A stretch of DNA of 64,000 nt, taken from the NCBI RefSeq assembly GCF_036971445.1, contig NC_091478.1:91512001-91576000 (forward strand), read 5' to 3'. Position numbers and translations under genes: made by a program. Source of the stretch: Narcine bancroftii. Its lineage: Eukaryota. Every line of letters begins with the position of its first letter. Within the stretch, counting starts at the first letter, position 1. Positions 39,100 to 50,959 of this stretch are shown piece by piece. The notes beneath the pieces are model-generated. The model did not search any database. It saw only the letters and a program-made list of their open reading frames with translations, and was not told the DNA's origin.

Positions 39100-39760
39100 A
39101 AAAGGGCCACATCTCGCGATTGAAATCATACCCAGTCGAGTCAGTGATCTGCCGACGAGACTATCGTGTCAAGTTACGATTGCAAACAGGAACCAACCCA
39201 TTAAAGAGCGCCTAGAACTTCAAAACGAACTCCAGAAAACGCTCAAATCAAATAAATAGAATTCGTCAAGGACGAAGAGAATGTTTGTCGTTTCCGGCTG
39301 AATTCCGACCATTGTCGATAATGATTGACGGGGAAAAGGTTACAATTAAGTAGCAGCCGATTGGCGCGACGATCAAGAGAGAGAGAGTGTTCTCAGTCTG
39401 TGACATTATTTCTGCAGCGTGAGCCCTAATACTGAGTGGAGGCGGAAGAGCGTTCCGTCCCAGGGAATTGAAGAGCAGGCAGCGTCTCCGGACAAACACG
39501 TCCACGCGATGAGGAAAGAACGGCCGAGACTCGTTCGTTTTGTGTAAAATGACGAGCCATTTGTTGCAAGTCGGTATAATCGGCGCAGGGGCGGGCGGAC
39601 TCTGCGCTGCTCGTCACCTTCTGGCGAAGCCGCACGTCTTCGCCCCGCCAGTGGTGTATGAGCAGTCTGATCGCGTTGGAGGCACTTGGGTTTATACGGA
39701 GAGAACGGGAAACGATGACCATGGTCTGCCGATACATTCCAGTATGTACAGAGACCTCAG
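39100..39760 (+). promoter_or_regulatory. CpG-rich promoter region of the FMO gene
   Basis: Local CpG enrichment; ATTGG (CCAAT) at about 39360; TCTCGCGA (partial BANP-type motif) at 39112-39119. Confidence 0.6.
39549..39760 (+). CDS. Flavin-containing monooxygenase (FMO GS-OX-like, soluble type), exon 1
   Basis: MTSHLLQVGIIGAGAGGLCAARHL..YEQSDRVGGTWVY..HSSMYRDLR: FAD-binding GxGxxG, GGTW and SSMY motifs. Donor CTCAG|gtactc, phase 2. Confidence 0.93.
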
Positions 39761-39889
39761 GTACTCATGCTTTCTAGATGCACATAATACGCAGTACTAT
39801 TCTGGAATCTCTAACTCCAATTCAATAAGTCATCATTTGTTTTCTATTGCCTAACACTTGCCTGGATAGAGCGTCCTGCAGTTTGAAAC

Positions 39890-41330
39890 AGTTCCTTCGG
39901 CCCAACACGTCCAAGTTGGCTTTCTGGGCTGGACTGGTCCCATTTTACTGGATTTGGTCCATATCCCTCTTAACCTGTTCAAATGTGTTTTAAATGTCAT
40001 ATTTGTTCCCTCCTCTAAAGCTTCATCTTGCAGCTCTTTCCAGATACAGACTGGGTGAAAAAATGGTTTCTCGGGTACCTTTTTAAACCTCTTGCCTTAA
40101 ACCTCACCCCTCGAAATGTTGACCCTGGCATAAAAGACTTTATTGGTGCACCTCATGAATTTAATTAGCTCTACAAGGTCACCCTCATCATACTATACCA
40201 ATGGTTCTTAATCTATATTTTTTTTCCAATCCTATACCATCTTAAGTAATCTCTGACTAACCACAGAACTCCTATGGCGTAGCATAGAGTATTTAAGGTG
40301 GTATGTGAGTGGGAAAAAAAAAGTTGAGAACCAATGAATTCAGCATCTCCCTAGAACTAATGTCCTCTAGTTTCAGCAATATGGTGAATCTCCTCTCCAA
40401 TCTCCCCTTCCAACTCCTAGATATCCTTAGTATTGCTGGGCAATGAGAACTACGCATAATTCACTAAGGGTAGTCTGACCAATGTTTTGCAGATCTGTAT
40501 CATGAGGTCCCAACTTTTATGCTCTGAACTCTGTCCAATGAAAGGCAAGCATGTCCTATGTGGGTTTCACCATCCTGTTCACATGATGTCACCTTGTTTA
40601 GAGAACTGTATTCTTGGGTCTCTCTTCTACAACACTCTCCAAGGCTCTACCATTTACTGTGAAAGTTCTACCGTGGTCTGAGGATACGCTTGGTCAGGGC
40701 CTGGGAATTTGAACACTTAAACGTGCTACAAATCCATCAATAACTCCTGCGTGGTACCATTTACTGTGAAAGTTCTACCGTGGTCCCTCAGAATCCCCTC
40801 CAGCAACTTTCACACTGACCAAATGAGACTCACTGGCTTGTGATCCCCTGGCATATCCTTGCTGCACTTTTTAAATTACCTTAAGATAGCCACCCTCCAG
40901 TTTTCTGGTCCTTCACCCAAAGCCAATTATGTAAATGTCTCTGCGAGGGCTTCCCTCAAGGTCTGAGGATACGCTTGGTCAGGGCCTGAGAATTTGAACA
41001 CTTAAACGTGCTACAAATCCATCAATAACTCCTGTGTGGTACTTTTTATAAGGTTCAGAATATCACAGCTCGTTTGGTTCAATTCAGCTTCTCCGTGATA
41101 AAGACTGATGAGAAATATTCATTTAAAACTCACCCATTTCCTATGGTTCCACACAAAGAGAGCCATGCTGATCTTTAACTGGACCAATTTCCTCTCTAGC
41201 CACCCTTTTATTCTAAATGTAAAATACCTGTCAAATCTCTTGGGATTTTTTATACTCTGCCTGCCAGATCCATCTCACATCTTCTTTTTGACCTTCTGAT
41301 TTCACTCTTAAATATAGTCTTTCTTATTTT
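39890..41330 (-). mobile_element. Decayed CR1 in FMO intron 1
   Basis: Minus-strand CR1 3' motifs (ccatatccctctaaacc-like, agaactacgcataattc, actcactggcttgtgatcccctgg). Confidence 0.55.
40199..40336. mobile_element. Palindromic hAT/Charlie-type MITE
   Basis: caatggttcttaatct..ttttttttcc..taccatcttaa / ttaaggtggta..ggaaaaaaaaagttgagaaccaatg. Confidence 0.65.
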
Positions 41331-41398
41331 TCTTTACCAGAGTCTCACTATCTCTTCATCAGCCAATCATCCCTAAACTAATCAAAGACACTACTTTT

Positions 41399-44300
41399 TG
41401 TGCACTTGACGCGGCCTGCCGCAGTGGTGATCGAGCCGGTACTCTGGGCGGTGAGTGCAACCAAAGACCAGCAGCCCGCACAGCAGCAATGGCTCCAAAA
41501 GCAAACCGGCAAGTGAACGGCAAGGGCAGCTTAAAGGCCAGCAACCCCAAAATGGCGCTGACCTTGCTGTGCAGCCAATAGACAGGGACAGCACGCAGGA
41601 ACCCCTCTTTTGTTATCTTATTGTGACGCCAGCCAAGGGGGGACCACGGTGGGAACAGTGCAAGTATAAAAGTCAGGCCTGAGCCCTAACAAAACTCTGA
41701 GCTTAACCTGACTACGCTACGTATGTGTGTCTTTCGAATAGTGCGCTGGTACATTTGGTGACCCAGATGGTTTAGATGGCATCTAAACCCAGTGATGAGC
41801 GAACAGGAAGAAGTCAATGCAGTCATTCTCAAGCTGCTAACTTTCTGGACGAATCAACCACACATGTGGTTTGACCATGCTGAGCCACAGTTCCAGATCT
41901 GGCAGATTACAGCAGAATCCACCTGGTATTACCACGTGGTGAGCACTCTAGACCAGAACACAGCAGGCCGGGTGGCCAACTTCATCCAGGAGCCCCCATC
42001 AGAAGGCGCGTACACCACCTTCAAGGACTTGCTGATTGAGACCTTCGGGCTCTCACGGCATGAGAGAAGGGCATGTGTGCTCCATCTGGACGGGCAAGGG
42101 AACAGGCCCCTGTCAGCCCTCATAAACAAGATGCTGGCCCTCCTGGGCAAACATGAGCCCTGGATCATATTTGAGCAGGCATTCCTGGAAAAACTGCCCG
42201 AGGACATCCAACTTCTCCTGGCTGACGTGGATTTCAGCGATCCCGGAAAGTCGCAACATGAGCGGACGTTCTGTGGAAACAGAAGAGAGAGTGCTCAGCA
42301 TCTGTGAGGCTCGTCACTGAACCCCACAGCCAGACCTGTTGAGAGAACAGCAGCACCCCATATCCAGACGACCAGTAGTGTTTCTACTACCAGAGATGGG
42401 GCACTGGAGCCCACCAGTACGGACCGCTGTGCACATTTCAGGGAAATGCCAGGGCCAACCCTTGCTAATGGCCGCAATGGCAGCTTCCTGTACATTTGGG
42501 ACTGCCAGTCTGGACAACACTTTCTCATGGACTCAGGAGGAGAGGTCAGCATCCTGCCCCCATCGGGACAGGACACCAGGAACAGGCAATTCCTGAGGGC
42601 TGTTAACAACAGCACGATTCGGACCTATGACACCCGCAAGCCCAACTGCAGTTGGGAGGCAGCATCTTCTCATGGGTGTTCACGCTGGCTGCAGTGGAAC
42701 AGCTGCTTCTTGGGGCAGACTTCTGTGCACCCCCCAGCCTGCTAGTGGATCTCAAGGGAAGGACTTTTCAAACCTTCCCCCTCAAAGACACCAGGCTCCC
42801 AGCGCTCCTCCTGGACTCCAAACAGAGATTGGACAATGAGTATGCCAGGGTCCCGACATGGAGTACAGCACCACATCCTGATCCAGGGCCTGCCACTGCA
42901 CGCAAGGGCAAGACGCCTTCCTCCCGAGAATCTCCAGCTGATGAAGGAGGAATTCAGGAAGCTGGAGGAGCTCGGCATCATACGGCGGTTGGATAACCCA
43001 TGGGCTTCTCCCCAGCACATTGGTACCCGAAGCAACTGGGGGCTGGAGACCATGCGGTGACTACCGCCGGCTCAACTAAGCTACCACACTGGATCGCACA
43101 TCCAGGGCTTCGCAGGGCAAGGATCTTCTCCAAGGTGGACCTATGCAGCGATATCATTATAATATCCCCAAGACTGCCATCATCACCCTGTTCAGCCTCT
43201 TTTAATTCCTTTGAATGCCACACAGACCTTCCAGCGACTAATGGACACTGTGGGCCGAGACCTGGACGGCACCTTCATGTACCTGGACGACATCCTGGTG
43301 GTGAGCAGGAACCAACAGGAGCATATGGCGCACATCCACAACCTCTTCACCTGACTGAGCGAATTCAGCCTGAAGATCAACCCAGCCAAATGCCATTTCA
43401 GAGTGGAGGGCATCGTTTCCTGGGCCACAGGATAACCAGCCACACTGCTACCCAGTAAAGTGGAGAACATCTGGAAGTTCCCCAGATCCAACACAACCAA
43501 GGGACTACAGGAATTCGTGAGGATGATTAATTTCTATCACCGGTTCATCCCCTCAGCTGCCTGGATCATACGGCCCTTGTTCACCCGGACGGCAGGCAAG
43601 GCGAAGGTCATCACCTGGGATGAGGAGTCGGCGGAAGCCGTCGTGAAGGCCAAGGAAACCCTGGTGGTCATCACTCTCCTGGCTCATCCCAGTCAGATGC
43701 TCCAATGGCCCTGATGGTGGATGCCTCAGGAATGGCGATCGGCAGAGATCTGGAGCAGGAGATCAAAGTAAGTTGGTGATCATTGGCTTTCTTCAGCAAA
43801 CATCTGCGAAACTGAAGTACAGTGCTTTCGACTGAGAGCTACTGGTGTTGTACTTAGCCATCCGCCACTTCAGGTACTTCCTAGATGGCAGGTCCTTCAC
43901 GGCTTTCACAGATCACAAGCCCCTGACTTTCACCTTGCCTAAGATCTCCAATCTCTGGTCGGCCCACCAGCAATGACAACTGTCTTGCATCTTGGAGTAT
44001 ACCACAGATGTGAGGCATATCTCTGGCAAGGACAACGTGGTGCCCGCTGCAATGTCCTGGCAAAATATCCACGCGCTATCAAGAAGAGTGGACTTCGTGG
44101 CACTGGCAGAGGCGCAGCAGAAAGATGAGGAGATGCCCCAATACAGGATGCCATATCGGGACTGCAGCTCCTGGACATCCAGTCAGCACAGGAAACACCA
44201 CCCTCCTTTGCAACGTGGCCACTGGTCAAGTCAGACCCATCATCCTGGTGGCTTGGAGACTCTATCCATGGACTGGCTCACTCAACTATCAGGACCACAG

Positions 44301-44780
44301 TCCGGCTGGTAGCCAGCAAATAAGTGTGGCATGAATTGTGGAAACAGGTCAGCGGGAGGGTGAAGGCATGCACGCAGTGCCAAACAACCAAGGTACAGCA
44401 GCATATCAAACACCACCTCAGCGCTTCAAGCCTGCAGAATGAAGGTTTGACCATATCCACGTGGACATAGCAGGACCCTTGCCGATATCCCAGGGTTTCC
44501 ACTATCTGTTCATGATATTCGACCGCTTCACCAGGTGGCCAGAAGCAGTCCCACTGGCAGACACGTCCACAACCTCGTGCGCCAGGGCCCTCATCTTGGG
44601 TGGCATGGTTCAGGTTACCATCCCACATCACATCTGTCAGAGTGGCCCAGTTCACCTCCATTCTGTGGTCCAACCTTGCCAGCCTGTGGGGTGCCTAGCT
44701 GCATCACACAACAGCTTACCACCCATAATCCAATGGGTTGGTGGAGTGCTTCCACAGGCACCTCAAAACTACACTCATGA
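41399..44780 (+). mobile_element. Decayed Ty3/Gypsy LTR retrotransposon (5' LTR, PBS, gag-pol) in FMO intron 1
   Basis: LTR about 41399-41753 ending TACA with TATAAAA; PBS TGGTGACCC at 41756. gag (KLLTFWTNQPHMWF..QFQI), protease (FLMDSGGEVSILP), RT (FSKVDL, YLDDILV), RNase H, integrase (HVDIAGPLP..DRFTRWPEAVPL). Many frameshifts; no 3' LTR seen. Confidence 0.9.
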
Positions 44781-46045
44781 CTTAGTGATAGCAATTATAT
44801 CTAGGTCCTTATCTCACATTGTCCCCTTAACATCACACTTCAACATCTAAAATATGGGGACAAATTCAGAATTTGTAAAATTATATTAAAAATGTAAGCA
44901 GCATTGTAGATCCTGAAATCAAGAGCTAAATCAAAGCAAAGTAATTGATAGGATAACAATACCTAGTTATAAATAGGAAGTCGAGTTTAAATTAAAAACC
45001 ATCACCTGCAAGAAGAGCTGGAAACCTGGTTTTCTTAGTGAATCCCTCCTTTCTAAAGATATGGATTATTAAGGGAATGAGCATTCAACAACTTCAAGGT
45101 TCCTTTTATTTTCACTTAATAATACATAAAAATGTAATATATTTGATTGACTTCATTTTTTCTCTGCTGTAAAGCAAACATAGAGTCACCATGAGCATTG
45201 CCTGGTGCCCCCAACAATAAGAGGAGAATCAAAAGAGAGTATGTTCAGAGACAAAAGTCCATGGATTTGCCTCAAGCGCACCTGCAGCCTTACAGACCAA
45301 ACCATTGGCAGCCCAAGCTCCATGTCCAAACCGCCAATACGATCAGGAAGCCTTCAGCGCCATTCTTATCCTCAGCACCCTCTTGAATTTCAGTTCCTGG
45401 TTCACATGAACCAGTCTCCAGAAGCCCAAAGCCTGTGTGTAACCTTCAACCACCAGTCGCCCGCAGTCTGCGTGAGTTCTTCAACCGCAATCCACAACCT
45501 GTTGGATCGTTCAGCCACTGAGGTCTTTGCTGGTCCACTGCTGTGGTGACCTTTCCTGTACGGTCTTCTCTCATGCTTATTCTCAATGGGAGATGTTATC
45601 CCCGTTTCTGGAGCCCTGCTTACCTGTAACCTGCTTTCAGTTCTGATCTTTTATAGAAGACGAGAGTCAAACATAAGAGAAGTGAGAATCTTTTACAGGT
45701 AGTCTTCATTATTACTTCCCCCACCACTTATTTATGTTTCTTTACCAACCAATAGGTTCAATTGTCTACTACTGGAATCAGTTTATTATTGTAGTATTTT
45801 ATAATCAGAGATTCGTCAAGATTTAATTATGATTTTTTAATTTACTGGCAATTAAAAAATTGGAAAATCATATGCAGTATGTAGCCAAATTATTGACAAA
45901 TTTAATCTGTATTGTTTACACCAGATGCATAAAGTTTGAAATCAACCCCCATGATACCAGCTTGTTTCATTGCCAAATTTCATTAGTTGACTCAATATGT
46001 TTGATTTCCAAATTAGTTTTTTTTCTCTCTTTCTCTCTCCTTTAG

Positions 46046-46184
46046 GACAAATATTCCAAAAGAGGTCATGGGCTTCCCAGATTTTCCATTTGAAGCTCAC
46101 CTCCCCTCTTTCATTCATCACACTGATGTCAGATCATATTTGGAAAAATACACTGATCACTTTGAAATTCAGCCACACATAAAG
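46046..46184 (+). CDS. FMO exon 2
   Basis: Polypyrimidine tract, then tttag|GACAAAT...ATAAAG|gtaaat. Encodes TNIPKEVMGFPDFPFEAHLPSFIHHTDVRSYLEKYTDHFEIQPHIK (typical FMO 'TNxPKEVMxFPDFPF'). Confidence 0.93.
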
Positions 46185-46264
46185 GTAAATGTGAGGTGTA
46201 AAAAAAATTGCACTGTTATTAATTTTCTATTTTGAATTGGAAGTTCACTTTCAACAGAGATAAT

Positions 46265-47430
46265 AGTTCAAATTTATCACATGATTGTACAAGTACAACC
46301 TGACTAAACAATGTTCTCTGGTCATTGGTACAAAAATGAACAAACACACATTCAGACATAAATAACATACAGACAAATGATATAAATGCAGTACATATAC
46401 AAAAAAATTATTGAATAAATAAGAGTCTTGGAGGGCTTGTATGAGCAGTTCATTTAATTCATTCAGCAGTTTCACTGCCTGTGGGAAAAAGTTGTTTCTC
46501 AGCCTGGTGGTTCTGGCACTGATACTCCTGTATCCCTTTCCCAACAGGAGTAACTGAAGATGTTCATATCTGGGGTGGTAGTGGTCCTCATTGATTTTGA
46601 CAGCCCTCTTCAAACACTGATCCTGGTAGATCACATCAAAGGTGGGGGGGGGGGGGTGGTGCGGGGCACAGAGGGAGACCCCATTGATCCCCTCTGTTGC
46701 TCTTCTGGTCCTGTGGATTGGTCTCCAATCCATTTCTCTGCAGTTGGCCGGGACACTCTCGATAAAGCTCATTTAGAAAAATGACAAGATGGTGGCTTTG
46801 CCCACCTCAGTCTTCTCAGGAAGTGCAGTTGCTGTTACACCTCCATGACCAGTGAAGAGATGTTGTGTGACCAGGATAGGTCACTTCTTGGGTGAATTCT
46901 TAGGAACTTGATTTATTCCACTTTCTCCTCTACCGAGCTATTAATGTGTAAAATGGAGGGTTGGTTGTTCTTGATTCCTTCTGAAATCCACAATCATTTC
47001 TTTTGTTTTGTCTACATTGAGATACAGTTTGTTATTCTTGCACCATATCAAGAGTTTGTGTCATCTGCAAACGTGATGACTGTTGGTGCTGGATCTGACG
47101 TTACAGTCGTGGGTCAGTAGCTTGAGCAGGAGCAGACTGAGTACATAGCCCTAAGGTGCAACGCCGGTCAGCTTGATAATGCTCAACATTCTGCTGCCGA
47201 CCCGGATAGGCTGTGGTCTTTTCATTAGTAAGTCCAGAATCCAGTTGCAGAGAGGGGTGTTTAGTCCCAATAAGGATAGCTTTTCCACAAGCCTCTGGGA
47301 AATGATTTTATTAAATACCAAGCTGGTCAATGAACAACCACCTGGCATATGAAGCATCATTTTCTAGGTGGGTCAGGGTGCAGTGGAGGGACAAGCTATA
47401 GCATCATCAATGGAACGGTTCCATATGTAG
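46265..47430 (-). mobile_element. Rex1/Babar LINE, same subfamily as 36090-37690
   Basis: [22 protein letters not shown]; GKGYRSISARTTRLRNNFFPQAVKLLN. Confidence 0.85.
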
Positions 47431-47524
47431 CATTGTTCATGAAGCCAAGGAGAGCCTATAATTGAGTAGATTAAATTAACTGGATTTTGCAGAATACTGC
47501 AATGATTGTAAAATTGTTCAAATT

Positions 47525-48875
47525 GCTGAAGACCCTATGACATCTGTCTCTGAGGGTGTGATAGTACAGATCTATCACCAATGTACATAGTGTATATAGT
47601 TATTGTATCTAGACTGTGCTTACAGCGATTGGCTAAGAGCTAAGCTACGCCTACTGTCTGGGCCTTAAAGGGTTATGTCCCTAGCCAGGTCGGATCATTC
47701 CGGACTGGTCGGCCACCTGTGAAGAGCTCCTGTCTTTTGCTAATAAAAGCCTTGGTTTGGATCAACAAGTCTTTGGTTCTTTCGACAAGCTCTACAGAGG
47801 GTGACGTCAGAACATCAACCAAGAGGGTGAACCCTCGCCAGGAGTCAGGCCCTGACGGTGTTCCTGGCAGGGTACTAAAAATCTGTGCCAACCAACTAGC
47901 CGGAGTGTTCAGACATTTTCAACCTCTCATTGCTGCAGTCAGAGGTTCCCACCTGCTTCAAAAGGGTATCAATCATCCTGGTACCCAAGAAGAGTACTGT
48001 GAACTGCAACAACTACCGTCCAGTAGCACTAACTTCTACTGTGATGAAATGCTTTGAGAGGATAGTCATGGCCAGAATTAACCCGTACCTTAGCAAAGAT
48101 CTGGAACCACTGCAATTCGTCTATTATAACAATCGCTCCACAGCAGATGCAATATCGCTGGCTTTTCACTCCGCTCTCGATCACCTTGAAAAAAGCAATT
48201 CATACATACAGCTGCTCTTCAATGACTATAGTTTGGCCTTCAATACCACTATTCCCTCAGTGCTGGTCAATAAGCTACAAACTCTTGGCCTCTGAACCCC
48301 CCATGCAACTGGATCCTTGACTTTTTCATCAGAAGACCACAGTCAGTATGAATTGGAAACAGCGTCTCCTCCTCACTGATTATCAACACAAGCACACCCA
48401 AAGGATACATGCTTAGCCCCACTGCTCTACTCAGTATATACCCATGACTGCATGGCCAGGCACAATTCCAATACTATCTACAAGTTTGCCGATGACACCA
48501 TAGTTGTTGGCAGAATCACAAACAGCACTGAGGAAGCGTCCAGGAGGGAGGTAGATCAGCTCGTTGAATGGTGTAATGACAACAACCTCATGCTCAACGT
48601 TAGCAAAACCAAGGAGATGTTTTGTGGACTTCAGAATAAAGTCAGGGGAACGTGACCCAGTCCTCATAGAGGGCTCATTTATGGAGAAGATTAAGAACTT
48701 CAAATTCCTAGGTGTCAACATCTCCAAGTATCTGTTCTGGAGCCTCCATGTTGATGCAATCACAAAGAAGGCTCGTCAGCAATTATACTTTGTGACGTGC
48801 TTGAGGAGATTCTGTAGGTCACCAAAGACTCTTGAAAATTTCTACAGGTGTATCGTGGAGATTCTGATTCATTGT
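47525..48875 (+). mobile_element. Rex1/Babar LINE RT region
   Basis: GPDGVPGRVLKICANQLAGVF; NYRPVALTSTVMKCFER; RSTADAISLA; IYKFADDTIVVG; LNVSKTKEM. Confidence 0.9.
47557..47796 (+). mobile_element. 240-bp solo LTR with a 5-bp TSD, nested in a Rex element
   Basis: TGTG...TACA termini; GAGGG on both sides (47552-47556 and 47797-47801); ATTGG box and AATAAA at about 47742. Confidence 0.88.
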
Positions 48876-49249
48876 TCTGCAAATTTACAGCAACTTCTGG
48901 ATTTTTATGCTTCCATGCACTAACATGGAAATTTGGTCAACAATTTGTTGAAAGCTAGCTAGCAATTTGAGCTCTTGCACTACAGCCCAATACATCATTT
49001 GTTAGGGGGGCAGAAAGATGACTTAAATGCCCAAGCAGAAAATAAAGTCTGAGGACGTTGAGAGGGCATGCACCTGCTGATTTTTTAAAATTCAGCTTTG
49101 GTTTGAGAATTCAATACAGGTACTCACAAAAACCTTCTCACTGGCTATTATCTTAAAAATATTCTTACATTTTCCAAACATTTAGCATTTATAATGACTT
49201 TCTAATTCAGAGTTTTAGATTTTATGTTTTGAATATTTACAAAAATAGA

Positions 49250-49480
49250 AATATGGTTAGCATTAGCAGTTAGCACAAAGCTGTTACAACACCAGTTGGA
49301 ATCCAGCGCTGTCTGTAAGGAGTTTGTACCTTCTCCCTGTGTCTGTGTAGGTTTTCCCCGGGTATTTTAGTTTCCTCCCATCTTGTAACAATGTACAGGG
49401 TTGGTAGGTTAATTGGCTGAATTTGGACGGCATGGGATCATGGCCAAAAGGGCCTGTTTCTGTGTTGTATCTCAAAAAAA
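49250..49480 (+). mobile_element. HE1-like V-SINE
   Basis: ggttagc..ctgtctgtaaggagtttgtaccttctccctgtg..gtttcctccca..gggcctgtttctgtgttgtatct. Related copies at about 60720-60920 (plus), 60400-60620 (minus) and 26605-26800 (minus). Confidence 0.7.
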
Positions 49481-50754
49481 TTAAATTGTTTTTAAAAAAT
49501 TTAAACAGTTAAGTTTCTGGTTTCCATATTTTTTTTACACTTCAAAAAGTTTAATGTTTTGAATTTCAGACACAGTATGTTTTTAATAAAATTTAATTGT
49601 CTGACTTGGTTTTTGTCAAGTATAAGGGTATGGCATACCTGACCTTTATTTTATTCTTGTTTTCTTGGATAGGAATAATTTTGGCAGCCCACATTATCCT
49701 TGTATGCTGACAGGTCCTTATGATTCTAAAGGGTTGACTAGGAAGAATTATCCTAGCATTTGTATCAAGTTCCCACAGGAAGGAAGACAAAAGATTGGAT
49801 TATTTTAACTCCAGAGTTCAGTGGTAACTGTCATCTTAACAATGATGGCCCAATTAGTTTTGAAGTCAATATAACCATAGCTAAATTTTGTTTGACAGGG
49901 ATATTCCGGATTCTGAAGCCCAGAGAGTAGCGTTGACTTACAAATCAGCCTTGAGTCATGGGACTGGATAGCCTGTTCTTATCCCTTGTGCTTTTCCTTA
50001 TCTTTTTTTTTTCCATTGTTTTCATAGCAAGGAACCTATTCCATGTATTTGTTTCCAATGATCTCGAACCACTTAAGAAAAGGTTACTTTGATTTCTTCT
50101 ACCACCTGGGATTAAGTATTCAACTGGCCCAGGCAGAAAGTAATTTCTGATTGTAATTTATCTTTGGTTTTCACTTTGGAACCTTTCTGCTTTGGAGCTA
50201 AAATGCTTATACTGTACCCATTTCATATGCAAGATTTTTCTAGCTACGGAACTAGTCACTGGACAACATAAACAGCGCTTGCTTCATTAAATAATGCTGT
50301 ATTATTCGATGTCTCTATATTGTTACAAAATACTGCAAATTGCTGAGGAGTGACCCAAAAAATTCCTGAAAATGACCAACAGAACTTTTCTTTAGCAAAG
50401 ACAACACACACAACTAGAAAATGATGCCATCTCTTTCATTTTTGGCAGTCATTACCAATTCTGCTATAATTTTTTCCATATTCCTTGTGCAAAGTTTATT
50501 ACACAGGAAGCCTGTCTGAGTAACAATCCATGTGTTGGTCTCGCACCAGGAGTAAAGAGAACTTGTTGCTCTAGTGATGCCTGATCAAATTCAACAGATT
50601 TGTGGCATGCAATGCCAAATGGCCAACTCTCACTTTTGTTCTAATTAAAAGGTTTGAAGAGATAAAATCTACTGGGCAGTTATTTTAAAAAAAATAAAAA
50701 CACAGTATTAGTATTTACAAAAGATACGTGAATTAATATGGTAAATCTTTTCAG

Positions 50755-50894
50755 TTTCTCACACATGTTGAACTACTGAGACCTGTATCTGGACCTACTG
50801 GAGATGCTCCAGTTTCATGGGAAGTAACATCTTTGAATCTGAAGAGTCATAGCCGTAACCTGGATAGGTTTGATTCTATTATTGTTTGCAATGG
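50755..50894 (+). CDS. FMO exon 3
   Basis: cttttcag|TTTCTC...AATGG|gtgagt encodes FLTHVELLRPVSGPTGDAPVSWEVTSLNLKSHSRNLDRFDSIIVCNG (FD-x-x-x-VCNG motif). Phase 0 to 2. Confidence 0.9.
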
Positions 50895-50959
50895 GTGAGT
50901 CCATGGTAACTTTTAGCAGTTTTAAGTTATTTTTAAAATTTAATAATTTCTCTCTTCTT

